Assembly: GCA_047495785.1 (NCBI GenBank)
Contig: JBLDXI010000143.1
Coordinates: 1 to 22,671 of the forward strand
Direction of reading: 5' to 3'
Length of the DNA stretch: 22,671 nucleotides
Origin: Lepidodermella squamata
Lineage: Eukaryota; Animalia; Gastrotricha
The translations under genes and the position numbers were made by a program. Shown here in pieces: positions 1 to 10,877 of this stretch; the first letter of the stretch is position 1; each line of letters opens with the position of its first letter. Under the pieces are notes generated by a model that had not been told where the DNA came from, searched no databases, and saw nothing but the letters and a program-made list of their open reading frames with translations.

Positions 1-3000
1 GCTGTGACGAGTCGCACATTTGCAACCAGCAAATAGTGCGCAATGACGACGGGCGGTATCGTAACTACGCCTCAGTTGTGCAAATGACTGGCCTGCGGCC
101 GCACGATATCATCTACTGCAATTTTCGCAGCGCCGTCTTCCAAACGGCCTTCATCGTTGTTGTCAGCCCTGCTCTTCGCAAAGTTGTCATTTCAATACGC
201 GGAACTATGTCTCTTGAGGTAAAAAATTTTCAAATTTCAAATTATGATGGGCGTTGGACTCATTGCTCAAATGGATTATTCTAATACTACTTGAATTTCG
301 TGACGTAAAAATTTGAATGTTGCGTATAAAAAATTCGTAATTTAGGTATTTTAATTTTATAAATAATAATATAAAAATAAATAGCTGAATTCGCTCCGTT
401 TTTGCGGTATGAATAGCGATAATTTTTCAAACTGGTGATTTATTTCAGAATTGGATAAACAAAATGGGAGTAGTGATCGAAGCTATTTTCGACCTTGAAA
501 TTAATTTTCTTCTCAATTTTGGTCCATTTGAGCATGACCATAATTTTTGGTCCGGTTTATTTTATAACGGACGGATTAGGAAATATAAGGGAAATATGAC
601 CTAAATTTCGGAATTTTTCACATTTTACGAACCTCGAAGTCATTCGAGTCATACCTTTTCGTATATATAATTTAACTACATAATTAAACTACATGATGCT
701 AGATTCGCGCCGAGTCTCTTGCCAGGCAGGTACCCGCATTTCCTCCAAATCCTCTGCAAAATTGACTACAAAATTCATGCCTAAATCGGACTCAGACCCC
801 AAAATTCGTCCGGTTTATATCGGTTTGAAGAGTCAGGTTTAGACAGTCAAATTATGAAGTCCTTACTTTTGGATCGAGCCACCCGAAAACGTCCCGTTTA
901 GACAATTTTCATTGTAGATTCATCCGGTTGAATTCTAAGCATTCGTCAGCCAGACTGCTGTCTCGTCATTTTCTCATACATTTTCGGGAAAACAAGATGG
1001 GTTGTCAATTGGACCCTGTCGGACACGTCTGTGAAGTCACATACAATTTAATTAATTTTTCACTAAACATGATTTATCGGAGATGATTTTTTAGGCTAAA
1101 ATAGCTTCGATCAACGCACTCAATGTGTCGCCCCAAAATGAAATAATTGCGCAAGCAAATAAAGGCGCCCGTGTAACTCAGTCGTCGCCCTTTTATTTAC
1201 TTATTAGTGCACCCAACACACCTGAACTTTGAAGAACACTTATAGCGCTAATAGCATACCATCCGCAAGGCTTTTCCTTGCCGCGCTTGTAACACCCTTT
1301 TTGCACATGAAGAATAATTCAATCGTATCAGTCATAATCATTTTCAAACTCAGTTTCTTGAAATCGCCAAATTTAAGGAGAGCGATTACCGATATTTTTC
1401 GTCTCTTTCGTGCGGTTCATCGGCTAAATAGGCTAAATAGGGGCTGCCTTTAGCCAGCACGGGGGAAAATTTAGGTAATTACTGAGTTTTAGTCGGACGA
1501 GTAGCCTTGCTGCGCCATGTTTTGGCCTTTTCAAACGTTTCCCTGTCTGGTTGGTAAATGTAGGTGTTATTATCAATATCCGTAAATTTGTCCAATATAA
1601 AAGATTAATAATTAGCAGCCGTCCGACTTTCGTCGCTTTGGCTCATATTCAACAATACATACAAGCGTACATTACGTTTTATAATTCTACAACAAGTTAA
1701 GCGAGTCAAAACGTCTTTTACTGGACCTTGACTGGTTAAGTGAAAGCTGAGAAGTTTCAGACGCATTGTCACGTAGCGAAATCGTAAATAATGACTTGTA
1801 TCAAATGTGCTTTTATCCGTTTTCCACTTCCTTCTTCCATTCCACTAATTCAACGGAACAATCATTTCGTTCCGTCCCACGTCAAATTCCATCGTTCGAA
1901 GTAGTGCTCTATAATCGTGTTTTAACTCTTCGTACACGCTTTCTCGAATGTGGCGCGTAGAAAATTTTTGTCAACTCGATAGCACCTCGCCAACGATCCA
2001 AGGCCACGCTCACATCGTGTTGAAAAAGGCTTGACAGTGTTGTTCTCTCTCCTGTGAGACCAAAACAGGAAAACTTTCAGCAGACATTTTTCCATGAGCA
2101 GTTTCAGCTTTCGCCGCGCTTTCCATGTTCGTTTGATGTCACGATTGCCGGACTCGTTCGCATTATTCGTCGACGGGAAACTTCGGGCAAAACCCTCATA
2201 CCAAAAATTTTGATTAGCATTATTCAGCTAAACTCTTCGAGAGTAGTAAATAAACGGCTTTGTAACTTCGGAGGAGACGTAAAATTCGCAAAATTTGTCA
2301 CAAGCCACGATAAATTCTTTGGTAGAAATATACTGCTGTAGTAAAATAACGACTGCTTTTCGCGGAACATGAAGCTGAAAACCTAAGGAGAGCCTACGGC
2401 GTGTTTTCATTTACCCATTCTTTAGCCACTTCCTTGCTTGAGAGTTCCGCGAGCTTTTACTTGATGGCCGGCTCGCGAGTTGGAGGCGGCGGCGACGTAC
2501 CCGATTCCGATGAAGAAGAGTTGGAAGTTGTTATCATGAGTAACTTCTTCATTATTGGTGATTTACAAACGACAGATAAAGAGCAAATTGCTTAAATGAA
2601 TTTGGAATTTAACTTTTGAGAATGAATTCTCCGAAAAAATGCAGGCATTTAAGGCGACTTTTCCCGCGCAGCGCGTGTCTTCTGCACACGCAAAAAAATC
2701 AATTGCTGATATGATATGATGTCTATATGAAGTCATAAGCACTTGAAATCCATAACTTCATCATGAAAGTATATTTTTCCCATAGAGAAAAAAATAAACA
2801 TTTTTCTCTATCGGTCATTTTTTTCTCTATGATTTTTCCCTATCAAATAATAATTTCTGTCGAAGTTTGTTGTCGGCAAAAAGAGTTTGATGATAAGTCA
2901 ATTTGATGTTAAAAGAAATATTTTTAATTTTTTTTTAAATTTATAATTGGTATTTTTAGGATGTGTTTACCGATCTGAACGTTGAAACCACCGAGCTACC

Positions 3001-5304
3001 TCTACCCGGCGGAAATCGCGATCCTGAATGGAAAGGCCATCGAGTAATTTTTCGATTTAACTCGAGAGAAAACGTGAAAATTTGTCCTTTTCTAGGGCAT
3101 TGTACAAGCTGCAGTTTATGTGAAAACCCACCTGGTTAAGGGCAAACTGTTGGAACGCGCCTTCCACGTTGCACAGGTGAGAAAATTCCGCAGCTAATTT
3201 TGATAATAAAAATATTATTTTATCCCCCGATAAGGATCACTATCCGGAGGTGGAAGAATTCGGCTTATTACTGACCGGCCACTCACTCGGAGCCGGTACA
3301 GCTGCTATGCTGGGAATTTTTCTTAAGGAGGAATATCCCTCGCTCGAAGTTGTTTGCTTTTCGCCGCCTGGTGGCCTTCTATCGTTAGTTTTTTTTCGAA
3401 TCGGATTTTTCTGATAATTCTTTTCTGATTTTTTTCAGTCTACCAGCTGCTGAATATACCGACTCGTTCACTCGGACATTTATTCTGGGGAAAGATGTCA
3501 TTCCTAGGTAATTGTTTTGTCCGTGAAAAATCATTATTTTGTCAGGGATAATGCATATCGATGTGTGAAGACAAAAGACTCCCTCGAGACATGCGAATTC
3601 TTGAGCCCTTTTTGCAAAACCAATTTGAATCATCATCATCATCATCCGTGGTACTAGTAGTAATAATATTGATCCACCCGCGTCATTTCTTCTAGAAACG
3701 GGCGTCTATACTCTAGAAAAACGGGTCGGTCGGAATGAGTACACACCATTTTACATATATATATCTTGCTATTGATAGTGCGAATGTAATATAAACTGGA
3801 ACCGATCATTTGCATTTTCCGCACGCGCTATCTTCACATTATGAGTTTATGTGTATATATTTCTGCGAGAGTTGGCGTTTTTCAATCAGGGAAATATTTG
3901 TAAATTGCTAATTTCTTTTTCGTCGTTAATATGTGTACTTTTGCTATTCGATAGAATGGGTAAACGGCAATTGGAAAATTTACGACAAGACATGCTGAAT
4001 GTGCTTGATCTCTATCAAAAAACAAAGGTAAGCCATTTTCTGTATGCATTTTCTTTATGAAATTTTTACCATGAATTTATAGCTAAAAATTGAAATATTC
4101 GAGTTTTAACGTCGGCCTAAGGAAAATAAATCTGAAATTTTAGAAGCACAAAATTTGTGCTATATTTCATGCACCAATATAACCCCAATGGGCAAGTCTT
4201 TATTAGCAAAAAGTGTCGAAAAGTATGCGCGAGACGCGTCTCAGCCAATTTTTCTTAAAAGCATACCCTATAAAATGTTTTCTTCCTTGCTTTGGCCCAG
4301 CATTTTGTGTATTAGGATGCTTTTATTTGCGTTTGGACTGAGAGTGCGAAAATCAGCTTTCATCCGTCCCACACTTTCAAAATTGTTATTGATTGTTTTT
4401 CTCGAGTTTAATGTTTGTGAAATCATTATCGCCTACGTCAATAAATATCAATTTTTACGTGGAAATTGTAGTAGCCACTGGCTGCGCGATAAATTATTGA
4501 TAAGCTGGGTCATTCCAGCCCAAGAGCTCAGGTAATCGTGAAACATTTTCTTTACGTAGAGCTAAAAAAAAATTAAGGTGGGTTAGCTCTCCCCTCTTCC
4601 GACATTTTCCGGTATAAATTTGAAATTTCAAAGCAAATCGCAGGGCAGTAGCAATTTTTATATTCCTACCGTCTTTCATGGGGATGTACCGGACCTCGAT
4701 TTTCTATACATATTGAAGCTCTAATTTTTTCAAAAAATTGAAAATTGAGGATTTTGGGCTATTTAATGGCATTTTTTCGGATACTGGCATCATGTTAAAA
4801 TATAGCTAAAAATTCTATGGGATGATCCTATCGAGAAATTATTCAATTTTTGAGAAATCCGAACGAGTGAAATTTGTTTTTCGTATAATTCAAATTTTCA
4901 TTTTATTTTATTTTTTAAAGTGGCCCTTTGTGTCTGCTGTAACTTGTTCGCACATTTTCTGCTCAACCTCCGACATATGGGACACGTATCTGAACAAATT
5001 CATCGAACAAGTCGACTACGGCGAATTGCGCCGGCTGAGAAACCAACCACGAGAAACGCGCCATCCACTCGACGCCCGGCCGTACAAGCCAGTCATCGAA
5101 CAACTGTACCTACCAGGCAAACTGGGCCACATCGTTCGAGAAAGCCACCAGAGCGGCAGCGAGATGAAAGTTATCGGCTCTGGGCTGTCGCGGTTCGACT
5201 ACGACGACGTTATCGTATCGTCCTACATGTTATCGGACCACTTCACCTCGGAAATTCTAAAGTGCCTTGACAGTTTTATGAACAAAGAAAGCGTTGAAGC
5301 TTGA
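1..5304 (+). CDS. DAGLA: Mirror copy of DAGL paralogue A, 3' part only (partial exon 5 and exons 6-11)
   Basis: Exons <1-218, 2960-3043, 3096-3176, 3235-3383, 3439-3507, 3955-4027, 4921-5304. GHSLG is at 3277-3291. No difference from the right-arm copy was seen. The 5' end is cut by the window edge. May be an assembly duplicate. Confidence 0.8.
468..1121. repeat. Possible old non-autonomous TIR element, ~650 bp (mirror at 19795-20448)
   Basis: Perfect 16-bp inverted repeat tgatcgaagctatttt (474-489) / aaaatagcttcgatca (1098-1113), with degenerate extension to gag...ctc ends. The 4-mer aatg occurs near both flanks (463-466, 1122-1125). Confidence 0.45.
1646..2552 (-). mobile_element. Mirror copy of the MULE C-terminal remnant
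   Basis: Reverse complement of 18364-19270; PSTNNANES at 2176-2150. Confidence 0.72.
2781..2831. mobile_element. 51-bp miniature TIR element (MITE-like) with an 8-bp target-site duplication
   Basis: Perfect 15-bp TIRs: catagagaaaaaaat (2781-2795) and atttttttctctatg (2817-2831). It is flanked directly by atttttcc on both sides (2773-2780 and 2832-2839). Confidence 0.75.
3629..3646 (+). repeat. (ATC)6 microsatellite in gene A intron 9 (mirror at 17270-17287)
   Basis: atcatcatcatcatcatc; explains the MMMMM start of the spurious ORF 3385-3645. Confidence 0.85.
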
Positions 5305-5834
5305 ATTACAAAATTATTCTCGAATTTTTTAACCTCATTCAATATTATTTTATGCAGCTTCGAGTGATATATTAACTAGAAAAAAAATCTTATTTTTTTT
5401 GTTGAAACTGCTGAGTGGGAGAGAGATCTTGCCTGTTTGTTGTAGAAATTTACGCATATTTTTCGAGGTGAAAAGAATCTGCTTCCTATTTTATACCGCT
5501 TATCGCAGCTATTTTTTAAGCACTGACGCATTGGTTGTGCTTGAAATCGGTCGGTACATGACAAAATATTGTGTTGCGCTTTAATACATGATAACCTCTT
5601 TTAAAAACTGCCTGCTGAGAGTGTTTTTGTATTACTATTAAGACCAAAAACCAGTTTCCGGTGTGCTGTTTCACTAACATTTGAATATTCCATCGAAATT
5701 TATGCATCCCAGCTGATTCAAGCGCTGTGCCTATATTATTTTATGCTGAATTATTAAAATCCTATTTTAATTATTTTTGCAATTTTTTAGGGATTTTTTC
5801 TAAGAATTTTCTAGTCAGTGGGTCTGTGTGGTGC

Positions 5835-8800
5835 ATGCCGTCTTTGAAGCTGTGTCATCGCCGTTGGTCGTTCGGAAGCGATGACTTGCTCATTCCGGCT
5901 TGCTTTTTCGTCATAGTCCACGCAGCATGGTAAGAAAAAATTCCGATTTTTTTCCCCTAAAAATGCTATATTTTTACATATTTTCAGTTTGTTCAGTTTT
6001 TCAATCGCAACTGGTCTGTACCTGGTTAGCTCGAGGCAGAGCTGTCTGCCTGACGTCAGAAGCTCAAGTAATGCGACAAAACAATCAACGTTGTCTTCCG
6101 TTTTCGACCTGACGAGTTTCAACTCTAATACCTCCTCGGCTGATGCGATATGCCCCGTCTATACGTTTCCGGTGTTGATCTCGCTGTGCGCCCTTGTTCT
6201 CACGGGCGCGTTCCTCCTCGAGCTCGCGATTGCCTTCTACAGCAACCAGGGTACCATTATGAATGCTGTTCCGCGGATGCGCGTTGTTCCTTTCCTTGGC
6301 ACAAGATATGGTAAATTTATATATATATTTTTTACCATATTGCGCTCTTACTATGGAAAACACATGCAATGATCGAATACGCTAGTTTTCCATCAATTAA
6401 TTCTGAGCTGGAAAACTTGCAGATATGACGTAGACAATTTTGGTTTAGGAAGCAATCAAAATTGACGGAAATGGTAGATAGTTTTGGGACATTTTCCTCG
6501 CAAGCCTAAAATTAAGTTCAATTTAGAATGAAATCGAGATTTTCCAAGCTATCCAATACGTTAGCTACGGAAATGCGAGTAATGACTTTCGATGTTAGCT
6601 TGATTTTCGATGTTTCGTCAGTGTTTGTGCAGTTCCACTCTTGCGGCCCACCTTGGAAGTGATTTTTTTACTCGCAAAACAGTTGTTTCAGCCTTGGTTT
6701 TTGCGATGTTTGGCAGGCCAAAGAGCTTGAATACGCCAAGTTGCAGAAGGAGTAAAGCAAGATTACAGCAAGCAATGATAGATTTAGCGTTTCTTATCAA
6801 GGCATTGGCTTCCTGTACCATTCCATCGAATGGTTCCTAGCTTCCTAGCTTAAGCTGCTAGATGGTAAAGACTGAACGTAGTTTGACACAGTGGCTTTTC
6901 TCACGATCGAGCCCATCGATTCCACAACACTTTTCACTGATTTAATCACGGAACGGGCCTTGCTAGCATCAGCCGTTTCGTTACGGCCCATCGTTTCCTG
7001 GAAACCATGATAGAGCATCAAGTAATCTCAGAGAGCACGTGAAGTGCATTTCAAGTCGGCGAATTTTGATAATTTAAAGAGAATTTAAATGGAATAGAAG
7101 TTCGAGCTGATCGAAATCCTTGTCGACAAAGAAGAAATCCGGCTGGTAGATCTTCTTAAGTTCTTCCAGCACAACTGGAAGATTCGCTTTCCGTTCGTCC
7201 GCAAGCAGCAACGGGATTGCTGGCTGTTTATGGGCACCGATAAACGACTTTGATAACCTTTAATCAAAAAGCCGAATAATAACCAATTTTGATATAAATT
7301 AGACTCACCTTATAGTTTTCGACGTTAGTTTTGAATGTGGTGTCGAGTAAAATCGGGGTAGGCTTGAAGCGCTTGACGTCATCAATCATGGAACGAGTAA
7401 CGATGAATAGCGAGTTGATGTTTCCATCCGGACCAGGTCGCGAGGGTCGCAGTCACTTCGTCGGGTGTTTTGTTCATAGTTTGTCGGATGTTACTAACCG
7501 TTTTCGGTCTCACCTTCTTGCCAGTCTCGCGTCTCATGTGCGCCGCGATCGATCTGGGCGCTGCGTTGCATTCGATCAGTTATGCGATCGACTTGTTCTC
7601 GTCATTGCTCAGCATGCGGGCGAAGTTGTACCGATCGTACCAGTCTTTGCAGATCGGGTGTTCGACCGGATCTGAGCTCTTTAAATGTCGGAAAAGTGAA
7701 GTGAAAAGGCTCTTATTATCATTTCCAAGTCATAGCAATGGATCAGGTTGTGTTGAGCTAGAAGTATATTATTGGTTGGTCTTTCGATGTTTTCAAATCG
7801 TAATTATAGAAAAATTCGCATTCAGTTATTCTCAACCGAGTTTTTCGATAGCTTATTCTAAATATCGAAGTATGCTCTAATTTGCATGCTCTATTTTAAT
7901 TCGCAATTTTTCTTCCAGTTTTCATTTCGGCTGAAATCTGCTATGTTGCTTTCACGTACGTTTGGTGGTACGGTTGTCCATGTGTAAGAAACTCGACCAC
8001 TTCAACCATTTTATTAGGTGAGTCCTCACTTTCCAATCCTAACTCAATTTTGATTCGATCCTTTGAATTTCAGCTATCGCAATCTGTGAAAATGTCGTGG
8101 TTGTTCTTTTACCGTTAATCGCTGTCTGTTCATACGACTTTTCAGGTAAAATTACTAAACTTATCATCAGAATATCCAAAATCATAATTGAACCAAGGTG
8201 GTCAGTGGTATCGGCTTCAAAAAGCCGTTGGAGCAGCCTCAGCTGCCACTGTGAACATGTCCCCATTGCAACAACAACAATCTGCAGGAACGGACCAACA
8301 ACACCAACAGGAACGCATAAAAATCTCACATACAAAACGGCGCCTGCTTAAAGCGCGCCAGGCAAAAGAGGACTACACCAAAACGTGGTACAAACAATTC
8401 AATTTATTATTCTGCTGTCTTGGCTCTGAACGCCGCACACAGCAAGCGACTTTTCTTGAGGTTGCCAAAATTTTCGGGGAACTATTTGGTGATGCTGATC
8501 TAGTCATGTCAGACATAATAGTTGGTCTCATTTTGCTGAGACGGGCGCAGAAACGGGTGATTCGACAAAGCGTGACTCATCGCATCAAAGTGCTTTCCGG
8601 CATTCCAGTCGCCCTGGAGAGCCAAGAAGATACGGAGGAGGAGCACACATCTCGTGAGAGTCTTAACAATGTTACACCCAGAGAGAAATCTAGCCGATTC
8701 TGAATTGGTGTTGAGATTATTGAGAGTTTTCAAATTCGCCCATTCCGCAACTGGTTGGCCGTTTTACGTGTTGAAACACCCTGGTTTCGCCATCACAGGC

Positions 8801-10044
8801 CCGTTGTCTTCGTGCAGGTGTTGCCGCAGGTCTGAATCTACGTTGAATGCCGAGATTTTGCATGATAATCCGTGTAAACTCAACACCCAGGCAGTTTTTC
8901 GCCAGACCGAGATTGCCGAAACCGATCTAGTATATGCAGATTTTGAGTCCGGAATCGGCGAAACTGCTTTCATAGTACTTCTCGATGCTAAGCTGAAAGC
9001 TGTAGTCGTTTCAGTAAGGGGGTACATTATCGTTATCGGACGTTGTAACGGATTTGAACGCAGACAGTGCTCAGATTCCGATATTACAGGCGTTTGACGA
9101 GCCCTCCGACTCTTGGGTAGCTCACAAAGGCATGCTAGCAGCTTCGATCGCGTTACGTGATCGTTTGCTGAATGAAAAAATACTCGAGAGAGCCTTCGAT
9201 CGTGCTGAGGAGTTGTACGGAACTTCCTCGAAATTCGGCCTTGTTTTTGTAGGGCACTCCCTAGGCGCAGGGGTTGCCAGTTTACTCGGAATTCTACTAA
9301 AACCTTAGTCACCCTGATTTACTTGTCTACGCATTTTCGCCACCAGGCGGCCTTTTAGGCGTTTCGGCGGCGCGAGATACACGCAAAACTTTGTGACCAG
9401 CGTAATTCTAGGCAAAGACGTAGTGCCACGCATTGGCCTACGCCAAATCGAAGCTCTACGCACTGATATTGTTAACGTACTGAGATCATGCAACCAAACA
9501 AAATGGGCAGTTATTGGTAACGCAGCTTCGTGTTGTTCGGCGTCTACCGTGAAAAATAACTCAAGTGATACCAGTAACAAAATAGACTTCTCAACAATTA
9601 AAACTATGCGTAATTCTGTGTGTATCAACTTCGACGATTCGATAACGCCGGATTCTGCGTCGCCAGATGCCGAGGAGCATCAGCCGTTGGATGCAGGGAT
9701 TACGATAGAAGCTGGCGCAAATTCTGAAACTGAAATGCTGAGTAGAGAAACTAGTGCTCACGAAAAAGCTCACCGTTTAGGGATCCGCGTGCACCACCAG
9801 CCGTTGCAACTGCCCGGATCGATCTATCACATTGTTAGGCAGTGGCACGCGCCGTCTAATTCGAAGGAGAAAGGGCTATGTCGAGCTGAAAATTGTGCGA
9901 ACTTGTCGGTCCATCTACGACCATGTCATTGTGTCCCCTCGTATGCTAGCTGACCATATGCCAAACGGGTTTCTGGACGCTCTGGAAATGCTGGCAGAGC
10001 AGCGTAACTTGACCGTGAAACCCGAGGCGGTGGTTGGGGAATGA
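5835..10044 (+). pseudogene. DAGLA: Mirror copy of DAGL paralogue B with five frameshifts in the last exon (pseudogene, or more likely uncorrected sequencing errors)
   Basis: Exons 5835-5929, 5988-6310, 7919-8017, 8074-8145, 8198-10044. Differences from the intact copy: 16-for-15-nt block replacement at 8646-8661, +G in the run at 9018-9022, +T at 9305-9306, +CG near 9371, +A near 9870. These split the last exon into ORFs 8188-8703, 8654-9097, 9054-9308, 9393-9953 and 9832-10044. Confidence 0.8.
7094..7663 (-). mobile_element. Mirror copy of the ZSWIM-like MULE remnant
   Basis: Reverse complement of 13253-13822. Confidence 0.77.
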
Positions 10045-10224
10045 AGCATTCCGCTGATTTGTTTTGATTATTTCTTCTGATAATTCTGTATTGTGGTGCC
10101 GTTGTACAGCATTCTAGCGCAAACTTCCGAGATTAGATAATTACTGTTGTGCTTCCCTTCTAGTTTCGTGACTATTTTACTAAATCTATGTGCCAGTTTC
10201 CCCCTTCACAAACTCTTTCTAGCC

Positions 10225-10697
10225 ACAATTCTCCTCTGTAAGTCACATCTCGGCTGGGGAAGACCATATTGAAGCAACACTGGAGAAGAGAAATTTACGT
10301 CAGCGGGCTATCCGAAATTGCCCCATCCTTGCTGAAACCTTATTTTACACCATCGTCTACCAATGAAGCCAAAAAACTTCTCAATTTTCTTCTTCATGAT
10401 TTATTTTTGCAATACCGTTAGATCTCTCAGCAATTGTTGTAGTTAACCCAAAACGAAAAAAAGGATAAACAATTGATCCAAAAAGAAAACAAAATAATTA
10501 AAGCAAGTTGTGCAGCAACGTGTATAAAGAAGCTTCACCACAGAAAAATGGCATGTTGATAAAATTATAGTAAAATAAAATGATTGGCAAACATCACACC
10601 AAAAAAAGACTCAGATGCACTCATAATTTCAAAAATAACTTTCAGACCGTGATAAAAAATATACATTTCAAACCATCAAAGCACGTCGAACAGCAGA
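10225..10697. other. Unique 473-bp spacer (loop) of the palindrome
   Basis: Not visibly self-complementary. 10441-10697 is A-rich on plus (T-rich on minus), consistent with continued 3' UTR or downstream DNA of gene B. A possible AATAAA lies on minus at 10405-10400. Confidence 0.9.
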
Positions 10698-10877
10698 GGC
10701 TAGAAAGAGTTTGTGAAGGGGGAAACTGGCACATAGATTTAGTAAAATAGTCACGAAACTAGAAGGGAAGCACAACAGTAATATCTAATCTCGGAAGTTT
10801 GCGCTAGAATGCTGTACAACGGCACCACAATACAGGAATTATCAGAAGAAATAATCAAAACAAATCAGCGGAATGCT

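Larger units (their letters stand above)
1..10224. repeat. Left arm of a >=10.2-kb inverted repeat (cut off at the window start)
   Basis: Bases 1-15 (gctgtgacgagtcgc) are the reverse complement of 20901-20915. Mirrored ORFs have identical translations with coordinate sum 20916 up to ~8645. The sum drifts to 20922 at the inner end through small indels. The match stops after ...actctttctagcc (10224). Confidence 0.98.

Noticed and set aside
3691-3726. Short duplicated motif tctagaaa(aa)cggg, also ggctaaata x2 at 1422-1439
   Set aside because: Two copies only; ordinary local slippage, not an array.
4078-4814. 14-bp direct repeat tatagctaaaaatt (4078-4091, 4801-4814) as the TSD of a retro-insertion, and ORF 4155-4535
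   Set aside because: AT-rich repeat with no poly(A) tail or recognisable element between the copies; the ORF is intronic with no motif.
8646-8654. The replaced block begins cacatctcg, which also occurs in the spacer at 10244-10252 (possible template switch)
   Set aside because: Only 9 bp, and the rest of the block does not match; compatible with chance.
4920-9773. Alternative-frame and antisense ORFs such as 4920-5270, 5811-6122, 7331-7675, 7470-7880, 8764-9312 and 9305-9628
   Set aside because: They are shadows of DAGL exons or of the MULE fossil. Their repetition in the track reflects the palindrome, not conservation.
8188-10044. Programmed frameshifting or a split multi-ORF lipase in the left arm
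   Set aside because: Each break is a small indel relative to the intact mirror copy; no slippery-site pattern is evident.
10408-10442. Weak resemblance to sequencing adapters (gcaataccgtta; atctctc...ttgttgt)
   Set aside because: The matches are short and imperfect and lie ~190 bp from the actual junction at 10224/10225.
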